A DNA stretch of 64,000 nucleotides from an uncultured Thermoleophilia bacterium. Lineage in GTDB: Bacteria > Actinomycetota > Thermoleophilia > UBA2241. Position 1 is the stretch's first letter; the number at the start of each line of letters is the position of its first letter. The stretch covers positions 10,276 to 74,275 of the forward strand of contig CAZHMG010000003.1 of NCBI GenBank assembly GCA_964533575.1, in the 5' to 3' direction. The notes under the pieces were generated by a model. That model made no database searches. It had not been told where the DNA came from and saw only the letters and a list, made by a program, of their open reading frames with translations. Below are positions 9,266-20,900 of this stretch, piece after piece. A program made the position numbers and the translations under genes.

Positions 9266-10257
9266 CCCAGAATGATCGGCTGATTCGCCGACTCCTCGCG
9301 GATGTGGCGCCCCGTGTACTTCAGAAAGACATCGTCCAGAACCGGACGGCTCATGTGGAGGCCCACCACCCGGAGTCCGTCACCCTCGAGCCGGCGCAGG
9401 ACTTCCGGGATGGCCGCGCCGGCGTCCGGCACCGAGAGGCTGACGCCGGCCGGATGCGAGGTCACTGCGTCCGCGGGCACCGTGCCCGCCAGCCGGCTCC
9501 GTACGGTGGAGGTGACGTCGTCGCCGTGCGGCTCCATCGCCAGGACCACGGTGTCCGCGCCCACGCTCGCCTTGAGCCTCTCCGGCGTGCCGTCCACGAC
9601 GATCCTGCCCGCGTCGATGATCGCGAGCCGCGAGCAGAGACGGTCCGCTTCCTCCATGTAGTGCGTTGTCAGCAGCATCGTCGTCCCCGCCGCGTTGATG
9701 CGCTCGAGCTCTTCCCACAGCGCGGTGCGGCTCTGCGGGTCCAGGCCCTCGGTCGGCTCGTCAAGGATGAGCAGCGAGGGCCGGTGCATGAGGGCGGCCG
9801 CCAGGTCGAGACGGCGCTTCATGCCGCCCGAGTACGTGCCTGTCAGCTTCTTCGCGGACTTCGTGAGCCCCATGAGCTCGAGCAGTTCGTCGCTGCGGCG
9901 GCGGATCTCCCGGGCTGGCAGCCGATGCAGCCGGCCGGCCAGCTCGAGCGTCTCGCGTCCGGTTGAGAAGGCGTCGAGCGTCGGTGTCTGCAGTGCGATC
10001 CCGAGCCGCTTGCGCACCTCCCGCGGCTGACGGCACACGTCGTGACCCGCAACCGCTGCCACGCCGGACGTCGGGCAGAGGAGGGTGGCCAGGATGCGGA
10101 TGGTCGTCGTCTTGCCGGCCCCGTTGGGTCCGAGAAAGCCGAACAGTTCGCCGGCCGCGACCGAGAAGCTGATCCCGTCGACGGCGCGTGTCTCGCCGTA
10201 GACCTTGACCAGATCGCGCACCTCGATGATCGGCATCTCGTCCACAGTGGGCATCAT
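9259..10257 (-). CDS. ABC transporter ATP-binding protein (DrrA-like)
   Basis: Has Walker A GPNGAGKTTT, signature LSGGMKRRL and Walker B LLILDEPTEGLD. The start is taken at MMPTVDEMPIIEVRDL. Confidence 0.9.
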   Translation of the reverse strand: MMPTVDEMPIIEVRDLVKVYGETRAVDGISFSVAAGELFGFLGPNGAGKTTTIRILATLLCPTSGVAAVAGHDVCRQPREVRKRLGIALQTPTLDAFSTGRETLELAGRLHRLPAREIRRRSDELLELMGLTKSAKKLTGTYSGGMKRRLDLAAALMHRPSLLILDEPTEGLDPQSRTALWEELERINAAGTTMLLTTHYMEEADRLCSRLAIIDAGRIVVDGTPERLKASVGADTVVLAMEPHGDDVTSTVRSRLAGTVPADAVTSHPAGVSLSVPDAGAAIPEVLRRLEGDGLRVVGLHMSRPVLDDVFLKYTGRHIREESANQPIILGW

Positions 10258-10386
10258 GGAGGCCTCAGGCCCTCCTGCGCAAACCCGTGCGCAGACGGCA
10301 TCTTCGTGCAAGGGAGGCGGGCACCGGCAGCGTGAGAAGCCCGGGGCGGAGGCTTTCACTCCGGGCTTCTCACGAAACCCGATCGT

Positions 10387-10692
10387 CTAGACCTCGACCT
10401 GGAACATCCCGTTCTCGACGATGGAGACGCGGCGCACCTCGTCCTCGGGCTCGAGGAGCGGCTCGACGAGACCCCGGATGTGCATCGCGACCGCCTCGAG
10501 CGAGGAACGGCCGGCTGATTCGCTGAGATTCGTGCCGTCCAGCTCGGCGATCTTGTCGATGATGGGCCCGGCGTCCGTCATGAAGGGCCGCTCTGGGCCT
10601 TCAAACTCGACGTGGACCTCATAGCTGGCCGGCTGCGTCTCACCTCTGCGCGTCCAGGACGCACCGAACGACTGATCCCAGCTCACGATCAT
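10387..10692 (-). CDS. Hypothetical protein (101 aa) upstream of the ABC-2 transporter operon
   Basis: MIVSWDQSFGASW...EVHVEFEGPERPFMTDAGPIIDKIAELDGT... has high GC3 and is on the same strand as the ABC ATPase and permease. No family recognised. Confidence 0.5.
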   Translation of the reverse strand: MIVSWDQSFGASWTRRGETQPASYEVHVEFEGPERPFMTDAGPIIDKIAELDGTNLSESAGRSSLEAVAMHIRGLVEPLLEPEDEVRRVSIVENGMFQVEV

Positions 10693-10851
10693 GATGACCT
10701 CCCTTGCTGCCTGTCAGGGCGACTCGACTGTCTGATCGGCATATACCCGTCCGGCAGGGGAAAAGGAATGCTGGGTCCATTATGCGATGCGGGCGGTCGC
10801 GGGTGTAGCCTTGCCGAAGGCCCCTGGAGTCCGGACGGGAGGGTGAGCACG

Positions 10852-11349
10852 ATGAAGGCAATCGTCGTTTACGAGTCGTTGTGGGGGAACACGGCGGCCG
10901 TGGCTCGTGCCGTGGCCGAGGGCCTGGGGGGCGAAGCAAGAGCCCTCTCGACGGCCGAGGCGGTTGGTGAGGAGGTGCAGGACGCGGATCTGATCGTCGC
11001 CGGGTCACCCGTGCTCGCCTTCAAGATGCCGTCGGACAAGGTGCGCGAAGGTCTCCGCAGGACGCCGGCCGACGCCCCTGGGCCGGCAGATCTCTCGCAT
11101 CCGTCAATGCGGTCCTGGCTGGAGGGGCTGCCGGCCGGCAGCGCGAGCGCCGCCGCCTTCGACACCCAGATCCGGGGCCCCTTCGGCAGTGCCGCGCCGG
11201 CCATCGCCAAGGCGCTCGAGAAGGCCGGGTATCGCCTTCTGGCCAAGCCGGCCGGCTTCATGGTGAGCGGCAAGTACGGTCCGCTGCGTGAGGGCGAGCT
11301 CGAGCGAGCCCGGCGCTGGGGAGAAGAGTTGCGGGAGATGCTGAAATGA
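10852..11349 (+). CDS. Flavodoxin family protein
   Basis: MKAIVVYESLWGNTAAVARAVAEGLG...ADLIVAGSPVLAFKMP is a flavodoxin-like fold N-terminus. GGGAGGGTGAG SD is upstream of ATG 10852. Confidence 0.7.
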   Translation: MKAIVVYESLWGNTAAVARAVAEGLGGEARALSTAEAVGEEVQDADLIVAGSPVLAFKMPSDKVREGLRRTPADAPGPADLSHPSMRSWLEGLPAGSASAAAFDTQIRGPFGSAAPAIAKALEKAGYRLLAKPAGFMVSGKYGPLREGELERARRWGEELREMLK

Positions 11350-11554
11350 GCGCGACCCCGCTGCCGGAGTGGGCGGCCTACGCGCTGCTGGCCGCGATGG
11401 GGGCCGCCACGATCGGCCTGGTCGTCCTCATCCGCAGGATCAGGGGCAGATCGAATGACGTGAGGTTGTGGCCGCGAGGCAGGCCTCCTCGCCGCCTCCC
11501 TCCATTCTGAACCGATCCGGCAGGAACGCGAGCACGCGAGAAAGAGAGGCCGCC

Positions 11555-13510
11555 ATGAGCGGGATGACCCCTGATGACGTGTTCGCTCTGCGTGCGGCGG
11601 CTGATCCGCGCATCTCTCCTGACGGCGGCACGGTGGCGTACGTCGTCCAAGCAGTCAATCGCGAGGGGAATGCCTACACGAGTGCGATCTGGCTGCAGAG
11701 GGTCGACCGCTCCAAGGAGGCGCGTCAGCTCACCCGCGGCGAGAAGCAGGACGGCGAGCCGCGATGGTCGCCCGACGGTACGCGGCTCGCCTTCACATCC
11801 AATCGTGACGGGGACACGGCCCAGCTCTACGTGCTTCCGCTGTGCGGCGGCGAGCCTCGCAAGCTCACTTCACTCGAGGAGGACGTGACCGAGGCGACGT
11901 GGTCGCCGGACGGCAGTGCCATCGCCTTCGTTGCTCGGGTGCGCGACGCCGCCTACGACGAGAAGGACGAGCGGCGTCGCGCTCCCCGGCGTATCACCCG
12001 GCTACAGTACAAGCTTGAGCATGTCGGTTGGACTGCCGACAGGCCGCGGCACGTCTTCACCGTCGCGGCCGATGGATCCGGCGAACCGGTACAGCTCACG
12101 GCCGGCGATTTCGAGGACGCGGGACCTTCGTGGTCCCCGGACGGCGAGCAGATCGCTTTCGTCTCTGCCCGCCACCCCGACTGGGACACGGACACCGTGC
12201 GCGACGTGTACCTGGTCGACAGTGCCGGTGGAAAGCCGCGGCGGCTCACGCCGGGCGGTGCCGCCGTCGAAATGGTCTCCTGGTCGCCCGACGGACGGCG
12301 TCTGGCCGCGCAGCACTACGAGGGCGTCCTCGATGATCCGCGGCACACGCAGATCGCCGTCGTCGACGCCGAGACGGGCGCCGTGCAGGTGGTCACAGGC
12401 AGCCTCGACCGCAACTGCGGCGCCTACCCGCAGCTTCGCGAACCGTTGTGGGAGGGCGACGACCTCGTCTTCGCCGTCGAGGATCACGGAAACACGCACC
12501 TGTATCGGACCGGCGCCGACGGAACAGGGATCCCCCGGCTCGTCGTCGGCGGAGACCTCGCCGTGACCGGTTTCGATCTCGTCGCCGGACGGCTCGTCTA
12601 CGCGGCCTCGCCCCCGACCCGGCTGCCAGAGCTCTTCACCGCAGAGCGTCGCTTGACGGGCGTCGGCGACGCGTTCGCCGAAACGCGCCTGCTCAGCGAG
12701 CCGGCGCGTTTCACGGCCCGGTCGGCCGACGGGACGGAGGTCGAGGCCTGGGTCATGAAGCCGGCCGGCTGCGAGACCGGCCTCACCTGTCCCACCCTGC
12801 TGTGCATCCACGGCGGACCGTTCACTCAGTACGGCAACCACTTCTTCGACGAGTTTCAGGTGTACTGCGGCGCCGGCTTCGCGGTCGTCTACGCCAACCC
12901 GCGCGGCTCGTCCGGCTACAGCGAGGAATGGGGACGCGCCATCCGTGGCGACGGGACGAGTGGCGACGGCTGGGGGTCTGTCGACTACGAGGACTGCATG
13001 GCGGTCATCGACGAGGCCGTGCGTCGCTTCGACTTCATCGACGGCGACCGTCTTGGCGTGATGGGCGGCTCCTACGGCGGCTACTTGACGTCCTGGATCG
13101 TCGCCCACACGAACCGGTTCAAGGCCGCCATCTCAGAACGCGCCGTCAACCAGCTCGTCTCCCAGTGGGGCTCCAGCGACTCGGGATGGGATCTCCGGGG
13201 CTACATCGGATCGTTTCTGCACGAGGATGTGGAGGCCTACCTGCGGTTGTCGCCGGCATCGTACGCCGCGCACATCCACACGCCGCTCCTGCTGCTGCAC
13301 TCCGAGGAGGATCTGCGCTGTCCCGTCGAGCAGGCGGAGCACCTCTTCGTGACGCTGCGTCTGCTGCGAAGGCCGGTGGAACTCGTTCGCTTTCCCGGAG
13401 AGTCGCACGAACTGACGCGCTCGGGGAGCCCGATGCACCGGGTCCAGCGCTTCGAGATCGTGCTCGAATGGTTCGGCCGCTACCTCAAGAGCGAAGCGCC
13501 ATCCGGTTGA
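11555..13510 (+). CDS. S9 family peptidase (prolyl oligopeptidase / acylaminoacyl-peptidase-like, beta-propeller + alpha/beta hydrolase)
   Basis: Repeated WSPDG propeller motifs are followed by GGSYGGYLT (catalytic Ser) and C-terminal Asp/His segments. AAAGAGAGG SD precedes ATG 11555. Confidence 0.9.
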   Translation: MSGMTPDDVFALRAAADPRISPDGGTVAYVVQAVNREGNAYTSAIWLQRVDRSKEARQLTRGEKQDGEPRWSPDGTRLAFTSNRDGDTAQLYVLPLCGGEPRKLTSLEEDVTEATWSPDGSAIAFVARVRDAAYDEKDERRRAPRRITRLQYKLEHVGWTADRPRHVFTVAADGSGEPVQLTAGDFEDAGPSWSPDGEQIAFVSARHPDWDTDTVRDVYLVDSAGGKPRRLTPGGAAVEMVSWSPDGRRLAAQHYEGVLDDPRHTQIAVVDAETGAVQVVTGSLDRNCGAYPQLREPLWEGDDLVFAVEDHGNTHLYRTGADGTGIPRLVVGGDLAVTGFDLVAGRLVYAASPPTRLPELFTAERRLTGVGDAFAETRLLSEPARFTARSADGTEVEAWVMKPAGCETGLTCPTLLCIHGGPFTQYGNHFFDEFQVYCGAGFAVVYANPRGSSGYSEEWGRAIRGDGTSGDGWGSVDYEDCMAVIDEAVRRFDFIDGDRLGVMGGSYGGYLTSWIVAHTNRFKAAISERAVNQLVSQWGSSDSGWDLRGYIGSFLHEDVEAYLRLSPASYAAHIHTPLLLLHSEEDLRCPVEQAEHLFVTLRLLRRPVELVRFPGESHELTRSGSPMHRVQRFEIVLEWFGRYLKSEAPSG

Positions 13511-14170
13511 TCGTGCTCGCCTGATCGCCGGCGCCGAAACCGTTGTCGAGACTGACGACAGAGAAGCCGGGCGAGCAGGAGTTCATCATCGGGAGCAGCG
13601 CCGCGATGCCGCCGACGTTGGCCCCATAGCCGATACTGGTGGGCACCGCGATGACCGGGCATGAGACGAGTCCGCCGACGACGCTGGCCAACACTCCCTC
13701 CATGCCGGCGAACGCGACGATGGCGTTGGCTCGTTCCAGCGTCTCGCGCTTATCGAGGAGACGATGAATGCCGGCGACGCCGACATCGCGTTCGACCGCA
13801 CTGCCGGCGCACTCCGCCGTGAGCGCCGCCTCCTCGGCCACCGGGATGTCAGATGTGCCCGCGCTACAGACGCAGACGCAGCCCTCGAGCGGGATCTCGA
13901 CAGGGTTCACGACGGCAAGCCTGACGGCCTCATGGATCGGGCGGGGACGTGCTCGGCCAGCGCCGCCAGTACGTCCGGCGTCGCCCGGGTGGCGAGGACG
14001 TTCGTGTGGCCGTGGTCCACCATGCGCTGCGCGATCGCCACGACCTGCGCCGTGCTCTCGCCGGCGCAGAAGATGGCCTCGGCGTGGCCGCGTCGCAGGC
14101 GTCTTCGAGCTCCAGATCATCGTTGCGCACGGCGAGCAGCAGCTTGCGCAGTTCTTCTCGCTTTATGACA
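13485..14170 (-). pseudogene. larB: larB homologue (nickel-pincer cofactor biosynthesis, PurE-like) disrupted by at least two frameshifts
   Basis: Three minus-strand frames each carry consecutive LarB segments. The N-terminal ...[18 protein letters not shown] is in one frame. [52 protein letters not shown] follows in a second frame and ends in a stop. [35 protein letters not shown]...[64 protein letters not shown] is in the third (ORF 13485..14120). No larC or larE is nearby. Confidence 0.6.
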
Positions 14171-14197
14171 CGCTTCCCGGCCCTTGGAGTCTTCGTC

Positions 14198-15121
14198 TCA
14201 TGGGGACGGCGAAGCAGCCGTCAGCGGCAGCGGGATTTTGACGACATGGGTGGGGAGACCGCTGGCGGCCGACGGCTCGAAGAGCTCGAGGACGATGCTG
14301 GACGAGGGCGCGATGAATCTCATCGTCGCGTTGAACGTGCCCCGCGTCCCCGAGCCCGATGTCGCCATCACGCTCTCCTCGACCAGCGTCGTTCCGCTCG
14401 CGTCGCGGACGCGGATCATGAATTGGGCCTCGAAGGTGTTGGCTGTCCCTTGAACGACGAGCGGACTGGCGACCCGATCGCCGACGGCGGGCCGCTCGAC
14501 GAAGATGGCCGGGGTGACGTCCTCGAACGAGCGGCGTGTCTGCGGCTGGCGTTGCGGCTCTCCTTCGCCGCTCCGGAAGACGAGGGGCTCACCGGCGACA
14601 CGAAAGCGCACGCCGTCGACTGTGGGGAACTGCGTCAGCGTGTAGACGATCTGAGCCAGCCTGGCCCTGTCTTCGATCGGGTCGACGCCGGCAACGAACT
14701 CCGGGCTCAGGTCGACGACTGCGAGCCCGTCACGAATCGTGAGGCCCAGCACTTTTGTGCCGGCTGGTATCTGCGTGTGCAGGCCGGCTGCGCGCTCTTC
14801 GCTGGTTGGACCCATGAGCAACTCCTCGAGCGCGGCGCCCGCCGGTGCGTTGGTGGCGGCGATCGCGCGATGTGCGGTCGCGACGAAGGCCCCGCGCAGG
14901 AGGTATACGGAGACTGTCGCTCTCTGCGGCGATGCGGTCGGGGAAGGGCTCGGCGCGCCCGACGTGGGGGAGGGCAGGGGGCTTGCGGTCGGCGAGGCGT
15001 CGCCGGGAGCGCTTGCCGAGGGTGTGGGACTTTCGTCGCTGCGGGAGATGCCGCAGCCGCCGAGCGAGAGGAGGGCGACAGTCGCGAGCAGGATGATGAT
15101 GAGTGAACGCGATACGCCCAT
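14198..15121 (-). CDS. GerMN domain-containing lipoprotein (Gmad2/LpqB-like)
   Basis: The start MGVSRSLIIILLATVALLSLGGCG gives a signal peptide plus lipobox. It is followed by a Pro/Ser/Thr-rich linker, a GerMN-like region (LLRGAFVATAHRAIAATNAPAGAALEELLMGPT) and a C-terminal beta-rich domain. Confidence 0.75.
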   Translation of the reverse strand: MGVSRSLIIILLATVALLSLGGCGISRSDESPTPSASAPGDASPTASPLPSPTSGAPSPSPTASPQRATVSVYLLRGAFVATAHRAIAATNAPAGAALEELLMGPTSEERAAGLHTQIPAGTKVLGLTIRDGLAVVDLSPEFVAGVDPIEDRARLAQIVYTLTQFPTVDGVRFRVAGEPLVFRSGEGEPQRQPQTRRSFEDVTPAIFVERPAVGDRVASPLVVQGTANTFEAQFMIRVRDASGTTLVEESVMATSGSGTRGTFNATMRFIAPSSSIVLELFEPSAASGLPTHVVKIPLPLTAASPSP

Positions 15122-15266
15122 GATGCGCCCTCCGCGGCCGAGGCCGCCGCCGATTGTCTGTCGCGAAAACGATGCAGGCCCCAATGACAGCATGCGGGCC
15201 GTGCACGACCACTATACCCTCGCGGGCGTGATGCTCGTCAGCCGGGCTGCGGTCAGGGTTTACGCG

Positions 15267-15911
15267 TCAGGGAAGCAGCTTGATGGCGCTGCCGTAGTTG
15301 GTACCGAGCGGACCCTGCATCGCCATGTGCAGGTAGCCGAGCGCTTCGAGTTCGCGGGCGCGTCGCAGAGGACCTGCGTCGACGGCTCTCAACCCGCTCT
15401 CCTCGATCAGCTGGGCTATTGTCCACTTGGCGTCCTCGTCGTCCCCGGCGACGAACACGTCGAGCGACTTGTCGGCGACCTCGCCGGTGATGAGTGTCCC
15501 AGCGAAGGTCGTGGTGAAGGCCTTCACCACCCGTGCTCCGAATGGAGCCCGGCGGGCGACATGCTCGGCGGCCGATCCCTCCTCGACGGAGAGCGGCTCG
15601 AAGGCCGTGCGTTCGATAGGGATCGTGATGTCCACGATGATCTTGTCGCGCAGTTTCTCGCCGTAGGCTCCCAGCACCTCGTCCAGGTCGTCGTACCAGA
15701 CGGCGAGCACGATCACGTCGCCCGCGACGTCTCCGCCGGACGTCGCGGCATGGACCGAGTCGTGATTGTAGCCCTCTCTGCCCAGCTCCCTGACGAGGTC
15801 TTCGGCCTCCTGCAGAGTCTTCCCGTGCAACGTGACGTCGTGCCCAGCCCGGACCAGACGCACCGTGATGGCACGCGCCATGTTGCCTGTGCCGACCACC
15901 GTGATGTTCAT
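15267..15911 (-). CDS. npdG: NADPH-dependent F420 reductase family (NAD(P)-binding Rossmann)
   Basis: MNITVVGTGNMARAITVRLVRAGHDVTLHGKT... matches the GxGxxG Rossmann motif and overall NpdG/F420-reductase-like sequence. The start is at ATG 15911; the upstream in-frame extension looks non-coding. Confidence 0.7.
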   Translation of the reverse strand: MNITVVGTGNMARAITVRLVRAGHDVTLHGKTLQEAEDLVRELGREGYNHDSVHAATSGGDVAGDVIVLAVWYDDLDEVLGAYGEKLRDKIIVDITIPIERTAFEPLSVEEGSAAEHVARRAPFGARVVKAFTTTFAGTLITGEVADKSLDVFVAGDDEDAKWTIAQLIEESGLRAVDAGPLRRARELEALGYLHMAMQGPLGTNYGSAIKLLP

Positions 15912-16121
15912 GATGCACCTGTCTCTCGCCTGTGGGTTCGCTCGAGTAAGTTCCCGGCGTGTCCCTGCGGCAAACGACGGAGAGTCCCGCAGCCAACGCA
16001 GGCGGAAGGAGGCATAGAGGCGCGGGCAGCGAAGCAGATACGCGGCGCGCGACAGGAGCAAAACGACGCTCACCCATGTCGGCTGATGCGTGCCTGTGAA
16101 TGACGTGGGTGCGGAGGAATC

Positions 16122-16556
16122 ATGGGTGTTGGCGAATCACTGCGCAAGGCGGTCGGCCATTTCGGTGGCGGCACTTACGACGAGTACGACGACGACCGCT
16201 ACGAACAGTACGAGCCCGATGACGACGGGCCGCGACAGCATGACGGAACACACACGCTGGTCCTCGTGAGACAGACGTCCAGGGACTTCTTCCTCTCGGC
16301 GCCGCACGTCTTCGACGACGTCCAGGGGATCGGCTCCCACCTCAAGGCCAACACGTCGGTCATCGTGGACCTGCACAGCTGCCCCGCTGGGCTTGCCGAG
16401 CGCGTCCTCGACTTCTGCAGCGGGCTCGTCTATGCGCTCGGGGGCGGGCTGTATCGCATCGGCGACAGGGTGCTCCTGCTCTCGCCTGGGTCTGTGGATC
16501 TCTCGACCGAAGTCGGCGCGGAGGCTTTCCAGCACCCCATCTTCGCTCAGACCTGA
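16122..16556 (+). CDS. sepF: Cell division protein SepF
   Basis: An acidic N-terminal linker is followed by the DUF552 core LVLVRQTSRDFFLSAPHVFDDVQGIGSHLKANTSVIVDLHSCPAGLAERVLDFCSGLVYALGGGLYRIGDRVLLLSP. Confidence 0.85.
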   Translation: MGVGESLRKAVGHFGGGTYDEYDDDRYEQYEPDDDGPRQHDGTHTLVLVRQTSRDFFLSAPHVFDDVQGIGSHLKANTSVIVDLHSCPAGLAERVLDFCSGLVYALGGGLYRIGDRVLLLSPGSVDLSTEVGAEAFQHPIFAQT

Positions 16557-16609
16557 CGAAGACGCCCGGCTGGGAGCGTCTGCCGAGCGGTGGGGCGACT
16601 GGACGGGGT

Positions 16610-17800
16610 TCAGGAGGACGGCGACAGCAGGCCGTTGCCCACCGCGACGACGAGCCCTGCCGCGATGCCGCAGCGCCGGCTCACCGAGGTGAGATCGATG
16701 CGCTCATCCGGCGAGTGATCGTCGGCGCCGACCGGTCCAAGACCGTCGAGCGTGGGAATGCCCTCTGCCGCCGTCCAGCAGCCGTCGCTCATGCCGCCTG
16801 AAGTCTCGCCTTTGAGCGGGCGTCCCAAGGCGGCGGCGAGGGCGATGGCGGCATCCACAAGGCGGCCGCCCGCAGGCGACGGCTCGATGCCGGGCCACCG
16901 CCCATCCTGCGCGAGCTCGATTCGCAGGCCGTCGTAGCCGGCGAAACGGCCCATCTGCTCGAGCGCCCAGCGCACGTCTTCGCCCAGTCGGGCCCGCACG
17001 TCCAGCACAGCTTCGGCTTTGCCGGGGACGACGTTCGGTATTGTTCCCGCCGTCAATCGCGTGAGTGTGACGGTGAGTCCGGGGCGTCCGCCGCTCAGGG
17101 CCGCGCAACGCAGCGCCTCGCGGCAGAGCGCGAGCGCCGCGTTCCGGCCGCGTTCCGGCTCGGTGCCGGCGTGAGCCGCCCTGCCATGTACGCTGAGCCG
17201 GACCCAGGCCCCCGTCTTGCGCCCGTCGACGATGTTGCCGTTCTCGCGGCCGCACTCGAAGACCAGCGCGGCGTCGGCGCCGCGTACGAGATCCATGGTC
17301 GCAAACGGCGCTTTGCGCACCTCCTCGTCCGGCACGCTGTGGAGCTCGACGGCGGGCAGGGGCACGTCAGCGGCGAGCAGCGCTTCCATGACGGCCAGCG
17401 CCACGAGCAGGCCGCCTTTCATGTCGGCCGTCCCCGGGCCGCGAGCGATGTCGTGATGGACCGTCAACGGTCGTTCGCTCGCTGTGCCATGCGCATACAC
17501 GGTGTCGTGATGTCCGAGCAGGACCACGCGCGAGGGCAGACGGCCGGGGAGAGCAGCGCGGAGGAACAGGCCGGGGGGGCGGTCGAGAAGCTCGACCGCC
17601 AAGCCGGCTGCGCGCCCCCATGCGGCCAGCAGCAGAGCCGCCCTGTCCCGACCGGCCCGGTCGTCGGGACCGCTGTCGATTGCCGTCAGCTGGCGCAAGC
17701 GCTCGATGTAGCCCGGCAAGCGGCCTTCGCAGTGCCGCTGGGCGAACTCGGCCGCGGCAGAGGCCGCTTCCATTGCGCCGGCATCAGGTCTGGGGTTCAT
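16610..17800 (-). CDS. M20 family metallopeptidase (ArgE/DapE/CPG2-like)
   Basis: LLGHHDTV...ADMKGGL...HSVPDEE metal-binding motifs and an M20 dimerisation region are present. The start is uncertain (MNPRPD or the downstream MEAAS). Confidence 0.8.
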   Translation of the reverse strand: MNPRPDAGAMEAASAAAEFAQRHCEGRLPGYIERLRQLTAIDSGPDDRAGRDRAALLLAAWGRAAGLAVELLDRPPGLFLRAALPGRLPSRVVLLGHHDTVYAHGTASERPLTVHHDIARGPGTADMKGGLLVALAVMEALLAADVPLPAVELHSVPDEEVRKAPFATMDLVRGADAALVFECGRENGNIVDGRKTGAWVRLSVHGRAAHAGTEPERGRNAALALCREALRCAALSGGRPGLTVTLTRLTAGTIPNVVPGKAEAVLDVRARLGEDVRWALEQMGRFAGYDGLRIELAQDGRWPGIEPSPAGGRLVDAAIALAAALGRPLKGETSGGMSDGCWTAAEGIPTLDGLGPVGADDHSPDERIDLTSVSRRCGIAAGLVVAVGNGLLSPSS

Positions 17801-17904
17801 GAGGCCGCGGACCCTACCGAGCACAGAAGCCCGTGTCAACGGCCATGTACCGGCGTCCGGACCCTGTTCTATACTCGGTCTTCGTCCTTCGCGATTGTTG
17901 GAGC

Positions 17905-20900
17905 ATGGTGAGTCAGACAGACGTCGGCGAGGCTGGGTCCGTTCCGCGGCTCGAGTTCAGTCTCCCATATGATCCTGCCCGCCTCCTGCGCGCTCGGGTG
18001 CGCTTGCGTGAGTACCTGAGCCATCTGACGACCGAGGAGCACACGGTCGACGAGGTCATTCTCGCGATCATGGAGGCGGCGACCAACGCTCTTCGCCACA
18101 GCGGCGGATCAGGGTCGTTCGACATCAGGCTGTCCGTCGAGGACGACGAGCTGGTGGCCGTCGTTCGGGACGACGGCCAAGGATTCGATCCCTCTGGATT
18201 CCACAGGGACGAAACGCCCGATCCGCTGAGCATCGGCGGGCGGGGCCTCTTCCTCATGACCAGGCTCATGGACGCGGTGGACTTCAGTTTCGACGGAGGG
18301 TGTCAGGTGCTGATGCGCAAGCGCCTGGCCCTGGCCCCGGGATTCACGCCGCTCGGCTTCGCCCGCGCGGCCTCGCCCGAGCGCATGCACGACGGCCTCA
18401 ACGAGCGCCTCATCGAGATGCTGGAAGACGGCGACGAGGCCTTCACCGCCCTCGACTGGGAGTTCCGTTACCTGTACGTCAATCGCGCTTCAGAGCGCCT
18501 GGCGAGGCACTCCCGCCAGGAGGTCATCGGCCGCTGTGTCTTCGACGTCTTTCCGACCATGAAGGAAAGCGTGTACGAGCGCAACTACCGGCTGGCCATG
18601 GAGGAGGGTGTCGTCGCCTATTTCGAGGCGCGGTTCGAGCCGTACGGCGCATGGGACGAGCTGCGCGTCTACCCCGCGCCCTTCGGCATCGCCATCTACT
18701 TCCGTGACATCACGGAGCGCAAGCGGGTGGAGGCCGAGCATCGCGAGCTGCTGAGCGCCGTCGAGCGGCAGCGGGCGCAACTGGGAGCCGTCCTCGAGCA
18801 CCTCAACGAGGGCGTTGTGGTCGTCGATGCCGAGGCCAAGGTGCTCCAGGCGAACGCCGCCGCGCGGCGTATGGGAGGCTTCGACCGGGAGCGCGTCAGC
18901 CGCGTGCCGGACATGTGGTCCGAGTTCGAGTTGCTGACGCTGTCTGGACGGCGCCTCGCGGCGCACGAGCTACCGGGGGAGCGCGTCGCCCGCGGCGAAC
19001 GGTTCTCCGGCCTCGAGCTCACGGTCCGCAATCAGGAGAGTGGACGAGAGTTGCTGGTCAGCTTCGACGGCGTGCCCGTCCGGGACGAGCAGGGCCAGGT
19101 GGCGCTGGGCCTGCTCGCGATTCACGACATCAGCGACCGGAAGCGGGAGGAGGCGCGCGAAGCCCTGCACGGCGCGGTGGTGCGCGGCGTCACGGAGATC
19201 CTTGAGGCCGCGCTCGCCTGTACCGACGAGGAAGCGCTTGGTCGCGTGTGCCTCCGGGTCGCCGAGGGGGTGACGCAGAGCGAGTTCGGCTTCATCGACG
19301 AGATCGTCGAGGGCGACAGGCTGGCCGGCATCGCCATGAGCGACGCGGGGTATGGGGCCTGTTCGGTCGGCGAGCATCCCGGCTTCGTCGAGGGCAAAGC
19401 GAGCGACAAGGCGGCGCTGATACGCGGGCTGCACGGCGAGGTCGTTCGCTGTGGCGAGGCCTTCTACACGAACGATCCGGCGACCCACCCGGCGAGCGAA
19501 GGTCTGCCCGCGGGTCACGTCCCGTTGCACGCTTTCCTGGGTGCGCCCCTCAAGCGCGGTGCCGAGACCATCGGTGTCGTCGCGGTAGGCAATCGCGCCG
19601 GCGGATACGGCGACGATCAGCGCTGGGCGCTGGAGAGCCTTGCCTCCGTGATCGTTCAGGCGATCGATCGCCTGCGGGCACGCGCAGCCCTGCAGGAGTC
19701 CCTGGCGAGAACCCGGGTGCTGGCCAGGATCGCGGCAGCCGCGGCGGGGGCCGACAGTGCAGAACAGGTGTCGGAGGCCGTCCTGGTCGCCGCCGCCCTG
19801 CATCTCGGGCTCAAGGCGGGCAGCGTCAATTGTCTTGACGAGGTGCACGGAGAACTGCAGCGCTGCGCCACGTTCGGCGCCGCCTATGGCGATGATCCGT
19901 CCCTTCGCCTCGCCATCCCCATGGACGACACGTTCAACGTCGGCCGGATGCTGAGCGGGGGGCTGCCGTACATGACTCATGAGAGTCCCGGCCAGTCAGA
20001 GGCCAGTCGAGCGCGTTTCGCAGGGATGGGGTTCGCGGGCGACAGCTGGGTCAAGGTGCCGATCAAGACGAGCGAGAGAGTCCTCGGCGCGATGACCCTC
20101 GTGTTTCCGGGCAAGCGCGCCTTTCATCGGGACGACATCGCCTTCTACGGCGCCGTCGCTGACCAACTCGGCGTCGCGCTGCAACGCGCGCGGCTGGCTG
20201 ACGAACGCGAGACGCAGCGTCGCCTGCTCCAGCGGACGGCGCACCTCAGCCTCACTCTCGACGTGGTGAACGATGCCGTTCGGGGCGTCGTTGAGCCGCT
20301 CTCCGCCTTGGCGCAGGGCGCCCACCTGGCGGCAGCGGCGCTCGGCGCCCGGCTGTCTTCGCTCCACCTCCTCAGCGACGGCACGTGGCAGGAGCTCCGC
20401 AGAGAGAACGACGCCATCCTCTCTCGCCCTTGCGCCGCGGAGGAGGTGCCGTTGGGCGACCTGGTGCGAGAGGTCATGCGCCCTGTGGCATTCTGTCGCT
20501 TACCCGGCGCAGCCGCCCTTCTGAGTGAAGGCGCCCCACGCAGCGAATGCCTGCTCGGCGCGCCGCTTGCCAGCGGCGGTGAGATGCTCGGCGCGGTCTT
20601 CTTCGCCTCAGAGGAGGCGAGGGAGTACACGCAGGCCGAGCTCGACTTCGCACGCAAGGTCGGCGTGGCGCTCGGAGGCGCTCTCCAGAACAGGCAGCTG
20701 TATGTGGCGCTGAACGAGCAACTCGAGCTTTCGCACCTGCTTCTGCGGGCCTCCAAGGTTCTCACGCAGTGGACCGACCTCGCAGCCATGCTCGAGCGCC
20801 TGACCGACGTTCTGCTGCTCTCTGCCCCCGGTTCGCGCGTCGGTGTCGTCCTGGTCCATCCAGAGCGACATCACGCGGAGCTGGCCGCCTCCAAGGGCAT

